This document shows, in pieces, positions 1 to 12,416 of a stretch of DNA of 64,000 nt (its first letter is position 1; each line of letters opens with the position of its first letter). A program made the translations under genes and the position numbers. The DNA lies in assembly GCA_958009085.1 (NCBI GenBank), contig OY253675.1:496001-560000 (forward strand), written 5' to 3'. The notes under the pieces are model-generated. The model saw only the letters and a list, made by a program, of their open reading frames with translations. It was not told the DNA's origin and ran no database searches. This DNA comes from Protoeuglena noctilucae (Eukaryota).

Positions 1-833
1 CTATTTCTCCCTCTACCAGTGCCCCGGCGTCCGTAGCTTCGCTTCCAGCTACGACCGTCTCCCCGCGGATCCCTATCGCGCCAACCAGTACCGCCGCTTC
101 AACCGCCTGATATACCGTCCGGCGACGGGGGAGCTCCGAGCGGACCCTGACCCGCACTTCTACCAGAGCGCCGTGCTCAACGCGTACAACCGCGGCGACA
201 TCCGCAAGTACCCGCCCATCGAACGAGAGACCCTCGAGCACCCCGGCTTCCGTGCGGCCATCGGGGCCTTCGTGGACCAGGCGAGTGATGGTGGGGCAGG
301 GCGTGTGTAGTGCTAGTGGGGCTTGGTACGTGGAGTGCTGGTGGGTCCTGCCCTGCACCCCACGTGTGTGACGAAGCGTGCGCCGGCATTGCGACGGTGA
401 TCCCTGCGCCTGGTTGCAGGTCCTAAAGCACGACCCCCAGCGTCGCGAGGTGGCGGAGGCGGGAGAGGAGCTCGACCCCATCTACGCCTTCATGATCCGC
501 ACCGAGTGCGCCCCATCGGCGCCGGGGGTGTACCAGAAGGCCGTGGTGCCGACGCCCGAGGGAGTGCACCAAGACGGAATGGACTACGTCTCTATTACGT
601 GCGTGGCGAGGCGGGACGTGACGGGCGGGGTGTCGTCGCTCTACTACGCCCGGGACGACCCCGCGCCTTTCGTCCAAATGGAGCTGCCGCCCGGCTTCAC
701 CATGCTCCTGAACGACAGGATCATCTACCACCACGTCAGCAAGATCGAGGCGGTCGGGGGCGGCGAGGGCGGCTCGCGTGACGTCCTCGTGCTCACGCTC
801 AACCGCCTCGACGGAGAGCGGCACGTGTGGTGA
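1..833 (+). CDS. 2OG-Fe(II) dioxygenase (BsmA-like/2OG-Fe_Oxy_2 type), 5'-truncated by the window
   Basis: Exon 2-280 (YDRLPADPY..YRRF..FYQSAVLN) is joined via GC-AG intron 281-419 to exon 420-833, which has PTPEGVHQDG (HxD), YHHVS (distal His) and RDVL (2OG-binding Arg). Confidence 0.8.
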
Positions 834-1216
834 GCGCGGTGGGTCGGCCGAGAGGGGCCAGCATGCAGTTAGGGTAGCAGCAGCGTGAAAGCGAGGTCAG
901 CAGCAGTAGTCCTTTGGTACATAGCGGCGGTAGGATAGAACGGCGGGGCGGCATCGCACGCCCGCCCACCTATTTCCTCTTTCCGCAGGCAGTAACTCTC
1001 ACCCTCCCCTTGTTGTGTCATTCCCCTGGCCAGCCGACCATTGCCACGCTCGTTGTCGTTCGAATGCGTCATCACTTTTGAATGCTACTCTATGTACGCT
1101 AGGTCCGCTTGCTCGCTCTCAGATGGCGTCGTCGCGCCTCTGGCTGCCCCGTGCCGATCGGTCGGCCATAACAGCACCGACCGGCCCACGCATTCGCATC
1201 GGCCCCACAAGACCCG

Positions 1217-2382
1217 TCAGTCCTCGTGCGCATGCGCCTCGCTCGCGCGGACGATGAGGGCGCCCGGGACGACCCGGATGGGCGGCGGGGCCTGGAGACC
1301 GTTGGGTGGCTGACCGAAGAGCACCCGAAGCACGTTGGGAGTCCGCATGAGGCGCATGGCCCCCGGGAACATCAGCGGGACGACGTCCTCGAAGTACCAG
1401 TAAATGTGCCTGCGGGCAGATGGTCGATGTGGGGGAGTTAGGAGCCATCGCTCCCCCGTCCATTGTGCCGTGCAGGGCGCAGGCCATCGCAGCGCGCCCG
1501 CACCCCGCAGCGATGCCGAGGAGGTTGGTGTAGACCGACACTCCGAGGAGGTAGTGGAACCCAGTCATGACCCATGGGAGCCACGGCGCTTGGAAGCTGA
1601 GGAGCCCCATCGCGTTGATCATGACGTACTTGTTGCGACGCGCCCACACTGCGGAAGGAAGGCAATTGCATGTGTCGGTCATCCAAGCGATCCAGTGACG
1701 CATATACCACCTAATCAAGCAGCTGGCGCGGCGGGAGGCGGTCGCGCGGCGCCGTGCGAGGGCCCTCACCGTACATGACCATGTACGCCAGCGCGTTGGA
1801 GAGGAAGAGCATGGGCTCGGGCACCAGGTGCGCAGCCGGGAGCATCATGGCGGCACCGACGAGGAGCATCCACAGGAAATCGGCGGGGCGGTTGCGGAAA
1901 TGGGTCTCTTCAAGGGACTTGAAGTACTTGAGGTCGAAGAACACGCGGAGGCCGAGGTGAATCACGTCCTGAATCTGCCGAATGTGGCCAAAATACAGGA
2001 ACGTCGTGATCGCGCGCCACCACTCGCCCTTAAGCCACACGAACTTGAAGCTGTAGTACAGCTGCGGATGCGGATGCAGATGGGGCTCGCGGGGCGCCTC
2101 GGGCGCGGCATCGACCAGTGCGCGACGAAGTCGGTCGAACAATGAGCGCTGATGTGCGGTGGTGGGCACTGCAGTTCGGGCCTGCGGGCGTGACGGCCCT
2201 CTACCCAGCCGGGCACCACGGGTTGGGCCCTCACGCACCTTCAGGAAGCCGACGAGCTCCAGCGAGCACACCGCCGTCGTCGCACCGCATAGCAGAAGGA
2301 AAGTGCGCGTGATGGGCGGCATGTCGGCCCACCACTGGCCCAGCGACTGGTGGGGGGGGAAGAGAACACAGATTTCTGCCAC
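1217..2382 (-). CDS. Derlin (DER1 family ERAD membrane protein)
   Basis: Spliced exons give [49 protein letters not shown] and [12 protein letters not shown]. Stop at 1217; start codon not resolved. Confidence 0.9.
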
Positions 2383-3280
2383 ATGGAAGCCAGCGCCGGG
2401 TCACGCGAGACAGAATCATGGAGCATAGGATGTCACTAAACGCCGCACGCCCGTTCTCTGTCGCATCTAGCCCCGAGCAACCACGGAGCTAAAACTATCC
2501 CCCCCTGCCCTGCTCGCACGCGCTCCCGGCTCACCATGGTGTTGCTCGCACGTCCCTACGACCACGCAGTGGCGCCTCGTACCCACGACACGACCCTGGG
2601 ACGCCGACGGTTCCTGAACGTCCGCGGCAACGGGAATCCAGATCGGGGATGCGGATGTGGAGTGCAAGCGTATCAGGCCAGTCAGAGGCAGTCAGAGGGG
2701 ACAGGGCAGCAGTGCCTTGAGTGGTGCAGGAAGCAACGGCCGGGCCAAAGTAGGGCTTCAGCTTTGCCAGAGGCGCCAGTGGGGGTTGCCAGGGCACCGC
2801 CCGCACCCCGCCCCACGCCGATCCCAAGTCCGCCGCGTCGTCTTCGACCACTTGCACCAGTGCAGCCGCTGGAGATCGCTTGAAGCGCATTGAATTGCGC
2901 TGCACGCTTCTGCGGCTGGACACGGCATTGCGGGCGGAATTGGGAGGGCGATGTCCGCGGCGAGGCACGCGGATGACGCCGTCCGCATTATGCGGGGCTT
3001 GGCCATGGTCCTGCAACAGGCGGTGCAGTCCAGGTGCGCCTGTCGCTGGCATTGAGAAGTGGTGGCCCCGTTTCTCCCCGCGCCGCGCCGGCGGAGGGAA
3101 TACTCGCGGGGCATCGTGTCCCGTGCACGTGCACATTCAGCCTCACTGCATGCCGCACGCGACCTGGATGCCTATGCAGCGCATTGCGGGCGCGGGCCTC
3201 GCAGGCTGCCCGTGCGTGCAACCCGCGCACAGCGTCGCACCGAGGCCTATGGCGATCCCTCTCGCGTCGCTGGCAAGTTT

Positions 3281-5988
3281 ATGAGTCATGGTCGCGATCG
3301 AGACCCTCCGCCTGGCCAACGTCCTCTTCACGGTGCTTCCATTTGCAGCGGATTGTCGCGGACGCTTGCGCGAGCGGAGGCGGAGGCGTCGGCGACGCGC
3401 GCGGGACGGTTTGCACAGCACGTGATCATGGATGCTTTCGATGCTGCCTCCGCGCCGAACGCCGGCGCGCCCGTGCCACCCGGAGCGCAGGCCCACGCTG
3501 CTTCGACAGCAGCGACTGCCTCGGCCACCCCCGAAGCCGGGCCCCTGCGCCCAGCGCCCGCGATCGACCCGTCGCGTCTGGCAGCGGACGCCTCACCGCC
3601 CCGCGAGCCCACGAGCACGGCCGAGGCGGCGGAGGCGTGGGCGCGTGAAGCCGCACTGCCGGTGGACGAAGGCGTGGCGAGGGCGGGGGCCGCCAGGGTG
3701 GCTGGGGTGGCGCGGGAGGAGAAGCCGGAGACGGCGTTCCGCGCGGAAGCCGGGGGCGCGAGGGCGGAGCCGGGCGCTGGGTCGATGCCGGGGCCTGATG
3801 TGAGGCGTGGACCGGAGGACCCATCAGGAGCTGTGTCGGTGCGCGGTCGAGAGCACCAGCAGTCACCGGGAACGAAAGAGGGCATGCGCAGTGCTCGTGT
3901 CTTGCGTGAGGCTGCCGTGCCGTCCTCGTCTCTGGGGCGGGTGCTTGGGTTCGGGTCACTGGCGGCCAACTTGGCGTGGGGTGCGGTGGGGGACGTGGTG
4001 TCCCGGCCCTTCCGGAGACAGCAGGTGAGAAGATTAAGAGTTGGTTGTGTGCTGTAGCTGGCGCTGAAAAGGTCATCCACCCTTTGTTTGGGTGTGACCC
4101 AGCCGGGTGGTTAGCCCGGGGCGCCACGGGAGTCGCCTGGCCCAGCCGCATCCTCACATTTATTCCCAGCGCATTCGCAACGTTTCAGCACCGTGCTCAC
4201 CGGGATTTGACGGATCCCATCCCCTTGGGTGCTGCCCCGCAGGAGTCGGACCCAGGCCGTAGCGTGCTCTCGCCTCGCAACGCCGAGGTCCTCGCCGAGG
4301 GTCTTTGCCGCATGCGCGGCGCGGCGCTGAAGCTCGGGCAGATGCTGTCGATCCAGGACGAGGGAATGCTGCCACCGGCGGTGCAGGCGGCGCTGGAGCG
4401 CGTGCGGCAGGGTGCTGACGTGATGCCGCAGTGGCAGCTGGAGAAGGTGCTGGGGGAGGAGCTCGGGAATAAGTGGCGGGAGCGTTTCTCGGAATTCGAC
4501 ACGCGGCCGATGGCGGCCGCCTCGATCGGGCAGGTGCACCGCGCGGTCACGCGGGCGTGCGACGTGGTGGCAGTCAAGGTGCAGTACCCTGGCGTGGCCG
4601 AGTCCATCCACGCCGACATCGACAACCTCATGCGGATGCTCCGCGTCGCGAACGTCTTCCCGCGCGGGATGTACGTCGAGCAGGCCGTCGCCGTGGCTAA
4701 GGCGAGTGTCGCTGTTGCTGTTGCCGGTGGTGGGGCAGTGGGTGGGGCAGCAGGCGAGCGTTGCCGGTGTTCTCGGCGCTCGCAGAAGGAGCTCTCAATG
4801 GAATGCGACTACCACTACGAGGCACAGGCGCAGGCGCGATTCCGGGAGCTCATCCACACCGACGATTTCCTCCGGTGAGGCCAGCCGGCTGGGTTAGGTC
4901 TCGCTGCGGCTCCACAACTCGCGATTTGCAAAAGGAGGTCCTACTGCTAAACAATTATAAATCCTAACCAGCTTTTTATGCAACATGCTATCTCATACAA
5001 ATCGCAGGTCCCAGTTCAATGTGCCCGAGGTCTTCCCGGACCTGTGCTCTCGCCGTGTACTCTGCTCCCGGCTCGTGGCGGGCGTTCCGATCGACCAAGT
5101 GGCGCAGATGCCCAGCGCGGTGCGGGACGAAGTCGGGACGCGGCTGCTGAGGTGACTCGCCTGCTTCCCTTGGGTCCACACTCCCGGGTTACGAGCGCCT
5201 CACTCCTGCGCCCGCTCCCAGCGGCACTCCGGCCGCAGCCACCTACCTGCACTCACAAGCACACCAACACCCGCCCCTGTCCTCCGACCGCAGGCTGACG
5301 CTGCAGGAGCTGTTCGGCTGGCGTTTCATGCAGACCGACCCCAACTGGGGCAACTTCCTCTACGACCCCGACGAGGACCTCGTTCATTTGATCGACTTCG
5401 GCGCCGCGCGCGAGTACCCGAGGGCCTTCGTGGACGACTACATGCGCATGGTGCGGGCGTGTGCCGAGAGGGACCGCGACCAAGTCATCGAGAGGTCCAC
5501 GCGACTGGGATTTCTGACAGGCGAGGTGCTACTGTGTCGCTTATATCCTGCAGCTGACTGGTAGGGTAAGTGGGCATCGCACCTGCTCTTACTCACACCT
5601 TACACGGTGGGGTCGCCCGTTGTTGGTTGCAGGGGACGAGTCGCGTGTGATGCTGGACGCGCACGTGGAGGCGGGCTTCGTGGTCGGAGAGCCCTTCGCG
5701 GCGCGTGGCGATTTCGATTTCGGCAGCCACAACGGCCTCACGGCGCGCGTGGGGCAGCTGGGGTCCGTGATGCTGAAGCACCGCCTCACACCGCCCCCAG
5801 AGGAGGCCTACTCTCTGCACCGCAAGCTGTCGGGGGCCTTCCTGGCTTGCATCAAGATTAAGGCCCGCGTGCCTTGCCGGCGACTGTTCTATGAGATGTT
5901 TGACCAGTATGAGTTTGGGGACGTGGGGAATGTGGGGGCGGGCGCGGGGATGGAGGGGCATAGGCTGGGGCGCGCCGTGGGTGGGTGA
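3281..5988 (+). CDS. COQ8: ABC1/COQ8-like atypical kinase, mitochondrial type
   Basis: Motifs [74 protein letters not shown] across GT-AG exons and one GC-AG intron (4702-4785). Start approximate. Confidence 0.92.
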
Positions 5989-6413
5989 ATGAACACGTAG
6001 GCGGTGGGGGACATGGTGCTATGAAGTGGGGCTTGTGCGTGAGGGGCTGGGTGGTGATGGCATGGCCAGTCGTGGTTAAGTGGGCATGGCCGGTGGGCGT
6101 GGTTGGTCGCTGAGGATGTCATCTCGAAGAATTGCTCTTGAAATTCCGCGTAAGGCGTGCTGGGCAGGCTTGCGTGCATAGGGCAGGCAGATGGCAGACG
6201 TGCTTGCTGGTCAGGGTCGGGACACAAGTGTGAAGAGGGTCCGTGAAGCAGGGTCCGTGTAATGGGCAAGACAACGCACACATGCTTGCGGGAAAGGCCA
6301 AAGGCACCCATTGCTCCATCCACCATGCCCTGTGAGAGCGTGAGGCTGGCCCAACATCGAACAACAGGGAGGGCGGCGATGACGACACCCTTCCAACCCT
6401 CGGCTGGCGGTCC

Positions 6414-9026
6414 TCAGAGCTCCCCCCCGGGCTTGCGGAAGGACAGGCACTTGGACGCGCTCCCGAGCATCTTCGTTTCTGGCGTGAGCCCCGCGTCCAG
6501 GCCCAGCTGCCCCAGGTCAGTGCGGACGTAGTCCCGGTACCAAGGCTCGTTGAAGTCTCCTGTGGATGACATTGGGGTTGACAAGATAACGGGTTGTAAG
6601 TGCAGTCTGCAGAGCATCGCCACCAAGCACATTGTACAGCGTCGCCCACACGTACATCCAGCATCACACCACATCACATCATGCCATGCACATGACTCAC
6701 CGAACCGACCGATGCGTGCGTCCCTGTCCGGGCGATCCCCGAGCTGAATCGAGTCGTTGACGATCAGGCGTCCATTGGGACGCAGCACGCGGCTGGCTTC
6801 CTTGAAGAAAGGGACTCGCGCATGCAGGGGAATCTCATGGAGCATGTACGTCGACGTGACGATGTCAAGAGATGCGTGTGGGAACGGCAGGCTCTCTGCT
6901 TTGCCCTGGACGAAGCGGGCGGTGCCCACGCGGGTCCCCTGGTTACGCTCCTCTGCACCGCGCGTGCGCTCCCTGCAGGGGCGATGATAGGGGGGGTATG
7001 AGTGGATGGATGGGTGACATGCATGGCGTGGGGTTGATGAGTGGATGGTGGATGGGTGTCGAGGGGTAGCCGGAGTACGATCCGTAGCACTACTAAGAGG
7101 GACAGGCGGAGAGCGTCCAGCAGTGGCTGTGCAGTCGCAGCAGTAACTGCCACACCAGTTCTCATGGTTCTTCCGCGCTTCTTCGAGGTAGAAGGGGCTC
7201 AGGTCGAGCATGGTGACGCAGGCGGTGGGGTGGTTGTCACGGACGAAAGTCGCGAAACGACCCGTGCCGCAGCCGACCTCCAGCACGTCCATCGCTGCGA
7301 GAGAAAGAGAGAGTTGCGCTGCTATCACGTTGCTTGGTTGTGAACGTCAGTGTATTGTAATTATGCATTTGTGGTCCCCATGGTGACATCGCTTGCAGTG
7401 TCAATATCGCCCTCACTATCCTTCCCTCACCTCGCCCCTCCCTCGCCACCTCCTCCGCCCCCGCCCGCATCGGCACCAGCGTCATCCGCTGCATCGCATC
7501 CTGCCTCCCCAGGAAGAGCGTCTCGGTGGACGTCTCGTACACTGACGCCGAACGCGAGCTCATCCAACCGTCCGTTTGGAAGTGGTAGGTCTGGCGGTAG
7601 TAGTCGGGGTACTGAGGGAACGAGGGGATGATAGGGTTGTGCTGGTAGAAAGTGGCGCGTCTGGCAATAGTAGTCAGGGTACCAAGGACTGGAAGTTAGT
7701 GAGCCAAAGCTGTGTTGCACTCGTGGCACCACCCAGCACTTACCATGTCCTAGTCCAGCCACACACCTCCATCTCAAGCAAGCTCCCATCAGTCACCGCT
7801 GACCATGTCCGCCACATGTAGTCAGCCACATGTCACAACCAGTCTCGCATCCATCGGTCACCCTCACCATGTCCGAGTCGAGCCACACGTCCTCCGGCTT
7901 GCCCCTCTCCCTGCGCCCCAGCACCCCCGTGGCTTCCTGGAAATATTCGACTGCCTTCCTGGCCATATACACCGGGTTACGCTGCCGGTGGCCTGGCGTG
8001 CTCATGTCCCAAGGAAGCCGGTACTCCCCCGCACGCACACACTCCAGGTCCTGCGCAGACACGCGGTCGAGTGCCAGAGTCGCACCGTCTGACTGGCATG
8101 GTGGAGCAAGATGACAGCAGCAGAGGGTAGGGTTGCAATGCTCTATCGGCCCGACATATGTGGCAGCTTGACCGTCACCCCATCAGCACCCCTGCTCCCT
8201 CGCCTGCTTGAACATGGATGCCGCCTCGCTCACAAGCGTCGTGAGCGGCACGCCGGCCTTGCGGGGCGTGGTCAGGCTGAACCCCACCACGCGCTCGGTG
8301 TCCACTCCGGCGAGCGAAGAGAGGGCGACCGATGCCACGCCCTGGGTCGCGAAGAAACCCATGCGGGCCAGGTGGTATGCCCAGTACTGCATGCCGATGG
8401 CATCCGAAAAGGCCCCTGCCTCCCGGAGGCGGTCCAGGGACGCTCGTAAGGCCTGGGAGGGAGACGGCGAGATTTGTGACACGGTAGGCGGACATGATGG
8501 GAGGGATGCGATGAAATTTGATAACACGGTTGGCGGACGCTAGCAAAGAAAGACCACAGTGGAATACCGCACAAAGCGCAAGGAAAGAGGCTATGATGGC
8601 CGTGTGAGAGGGCACGCACCTCGAGCGGGGAGACGTCCAGCGATTCCTTCAAAAACGGGCGCCAGGACTCCCATCGCGCCACGCTGCTGTGTAGCTGGAA
8701 GCGCTGGTTGTCCAGCTGGCCCGGCCGCTGCTCGAGCGGAGGGATGTCCTCGCCCGCATCTGCCGCGGGAGTGGCGTTGAGCAAGGGTGTTGCCCGGGCC
8801 GGCACAGCGGTGGAAAAGGTCTGCGGACAGCACGGTACTAATACATGTAAGCGAAATGAGAGAATGGGTGTGTCGAGGGGGCAAAAGTACGCACGGGTGC
8901 GTTGCGCGGGGACTCGCAGGCGCTGCGCCAACAGACCTGGGAGGCTCGTGCCCGGATGGCCCAGGAGGTGGCGCGTCCGGACGAGAGCAACCCTTCCCTC
9001 ACCACAAGTCTAACGGCGGAGCGCAT
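6414..9026 (-). CDS. Class I SAM-dependent methyltransferase (type 11), probably plastid-targeted
   Basis: Motifs VLEVGCGTGRFATF, LDLSPFYLEEAR, YPDYY..FHYQTDGW, LHEIP, RVLRPNG, FNEPWY. R/S/A-rich N-terminus from ATG 9026. Confidence 0.85.
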
Positions 9027-9620
9027 AGGGACGCCACCCACGAATCGCCGCGCGCGGGCGGAGTGGCCACGTGTGGCCGGGAACTGGTGGGGCCGGGAGT
9101 GCGTGTGGAGTCCCACGACCATGGCCAGGCCCGCGTACGCGCTCCCCGCTTTCGATAAGCGTTTGCAGTGGTCGCCGGTGCCCGAGCGTGCGCGACTTCT
9201 CGGTGTTTGCCAGAGGGACCCTCTCACTCCTGCTTCGTGCCCGCAAATGGATCTCGCAGTGCCCTTGTATGCCATGTATTGCCGCGGTAGAGGAATGAGA
9301 GGTACAAACCGCAGATGCGTGTCTCTGGCACCGCATCACGTCTGCGCCTGACCGGGTCGAGTCAGCCACACAAACCCAGCCCTGCTTAACCACGGTCTCT
9401 CAACATTCAACGGCGGCATTGGCCACCTACCCTACCACGGCTGCCCTGGCACCCACCGCCCCCCTTGCCGCCACCGCCACACCCCCCAAACCATCAAGGC
9501 TGGCTCATGGGTCGGAGCGTCGCACACCCTTTAAGCCAGGGGTGTCGACCACGCTTCAGACCCGCCTGTATCTAATAACCATGACCGTCAGGTCAGCCCG
9601 TGTCCCCACCAACGCCCTGC

Positions 9621-10633
9621 TCACGCCTCGAGCTTGATCATCCCCGTCTTGCGCGCGTATGCAAAGATACCCCCGGCGTCCACCACGGGCGCCGCGTCCC
9701 CCAGATCGTTGATGTTGTACGTCTTACCCGTCTCCTTCACCGTCAGCACGTTCTTCTCCATGTCCACCTCCACCCACATGCCTGCGAGCGTGTGCCAGCC
9801 AAAGACGCCATATCAGTCACATGCGCACTGCATGCGTGCGTGACACGCCCCGCAGCCACGGTCCCAACACCCCACATGACGTTCAGCGTATGCCCCTCAC
9901 CCGTCTCGATCTCTTCGCAGATACGCTTGGGCGTCTCGACAGGGTAGAGTTCCCCCGTGGACACGCAGTTGCGGAAGAAGATGCGGGCGTAGGACTCAGC
10001 CACCACGCACTGCGTCCCCGAGGCCCCGAGGGAGATGGGGGCGTGCTCGCGAGACGACCCACACCCGAAGTTGTCGCCGGCGATGATGACGGGATACTCC
10101 GTCTTCATCTCCCCCTCCTTGACGTACCCTGAGGGCATCAGGGAACCTCCGGTGGGTCAGTAATGCGACCTGTTCGTGGAAATATGGCACGCAACCCTCG
10201 CTATGGCAGGCACTCACGCGTCGGGTACTGGTCGTCTGGGAGGCCGATGAGGGCGTACGAACCGAGCTTCTCGTACTCATCGGGCTTCGAGGGGACCAGC
10301 GTCAGGTACTGCGGGGAGGTGTTTGCAGAGAGGCGTGTGCATCGCAAGGCGCTGCAGGCCCCTTCCCCGCGTCCCCAGCGCAGCAGCCGCCCGGCAGGTC
10401 GCAGCCGCGGTCGCACCTCAGCGGGGATGATCTGGTCCGTGTCGATGTTGTCCTTCACCACAAAGCACTTGCCCGACACCACACGCCGGCCATCCTCCCG
10501 CTGTGCGACCTTGGCCTGCGGTGCGTGGGCACGGGGGACCACGTCAAGCCATCCCAGCGCTTCTTAGGTGATCAAAGAGTCATGCCGCACGGGCAGAACC
10601 GCTGAGGTTTGCGCTGGACGGGCGAGCACCCAT
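9621..10633 (-). CDS. leuD: 3-isopropylmalate dehydratase small subunit
   Basis: Motifs [55 protein letters not shown]. Start approximate. Confidence 0.93.
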
Positions 10634-11067
10634 GGATCGACAGGGCGTGAGGCGTGGGGAGCTGCCGCGGGTCGCAGAGGGAAATCCAAGGAGTGAGGCT
10701 TTGTCGCAATACAGAAGACACTACAAACGTTCCATATGGCATGCATTGGACCCCGCAGACGCGCGCAGCGCCTCGCTCCCCCGCCCTCAGCAGTGCAGCA
10801 CGGCCTCCGCGTGCACGGATGCCATCGGAGCGCCAGGTCGAAGGCACAACTGAGTATCAATAACCGCTGCGTTGCCCACCTGGACCGCGACGGATCCCCG
10901 CGCGGCCCGACGGGCCGCCGCTGCCCTTGGCCGAAGGCCGCTGAGCCTCGACGTCCTCAGCGTCACGGTCATGATGACAGCGTTTCGTGTCGCGATCTCG
11001 GTCGGCAAGCGCGGCGCTCGGAGGTGAATTTCGTCTCACCATCGGGAAAACCGCGAGTCTGGCGTCA

Positions 11068-11200
11068 GTAGGATCATCCCCGTGATACCCAGGAATCGTG
11101 GGGATCATCCCGCTGATCCCGGGGTATCAGAGGGATCATCCCAGTGATCCCACTGACGACACAGACTGTAATGTAAACCCTCATTGAGCCCAGTGATTCC
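11068..11200. repeat. Left subterminal repeat array of the transposon
   Basis: Recurrent GGGATCATCCCNGTGATCCC-like units, i.e. direct and inverted GGGATC motifs. Confidence 0.85.
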
Positions 11201-12416
11201 AGCCGCGCGCCCGATCTCCCTGGGGAGGCCGTTTTACGCGGCGCGGTTACGGCCACGGCGCACCCGGGATGCGAGAGGCCGCTGGGAGCAGTTTCGCGGC
11301 ATTTCGTCGTGGTCGGGGATCGCGGGGAGCGGGGCCCACTCGGGAGCGCAGCGGCGCCGGAAGCGTTAGCCGAGGCTATCCCGCCGCCTATCTTCCTTCT
11401 CGGCCGCGATCAGACCTATCTTGATCGCGATCGGACGCATCTTTTGGGCACGCGCGCTCCGGGGCCCGCGCGGCCCGGGGGGCTCCGTTCGGCCCGTAAT
11501 CGCTCCCTAGCGTAGCTATTGGTATTTCAATCCCTACGCCGAGGTTACATGACCATCCGTGACGCTCTAGGCAACGCACTCATGCACGCACATGCAGCCG
11601 GACTCGGGCGGCCGCAGGCGCGACGGGAGCGCGCAGCGACCACCGCCAGAGGCACCGACCGCTTGTTCCGGACGCTGCCGCTCCATCGGGGAGCGGCGCT
11701 CCGGCACTCGGGCCAGGCACTCGGGAGATGGTGGCGTGCGCGACTCCGCCGTGCCGACGGCCGCCCCAGGAGTCGATGACCACCGCTGCGGGGCGCCGCG
11801 GACGCCAGACGACAGACAAGGGGCATGGGTCGGCGGACGAGCCATGGCGGGCCCGGCCAGCACCCGACCAGCGCCGGAACTTGGGACGAGGTGGCACGTG
11901 CGCCTGCGTGCTTGTTAGGCGAAGTTAGAGTCAGTCTCGGGGTGAGAGAGTGCAGGCACGGTGCCAGGTACAGTAAGCAAGTACAGAGATACCACGCTGG
12001 CGGACCAGCCCTTCGTCCCTCCCAGCCAACCAACCCCCCCTTGCACACCTGACCGTGTCGCAGACCCCACCGGTAGCGCAGCAGACCAACCGCGCACCTC
12101 GGGGACAGCGACAATGTCCGACCTGATCAGGTCATGCGTATGCTGCATCTCACCTCACGGGAGCTGGCCCCTCCCCTCCCCAGCCACGTCAGCACACCTC
12201 GCAGATGGCTCAGCAGCAGGCTGCACTCTCACCCTAGAGAGGGACGATGATCCAGCGCTGTTCGCACCAGCAGCGCCGAGCCTCGCCTGTGCGCGGTGCT
12301 GTCGCTGCAGCCCTGCAATCCACCCCCGCTTGCCTGGAGGACTGACGACCCCTGAGCCTGCCTGACCCACAGAGCGCGCGCTGGACTTTCCTCACCTCCG
12401 CTTCCACGCCCTCACC

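Noticed and set aside
11068..11200. Spaced palindromic GGGATCATCCC repeats resembling a CRISPR-like array
   Set aside because: No unique spacers of constant length and no cas genes; explained as transposon subterminal repeats.
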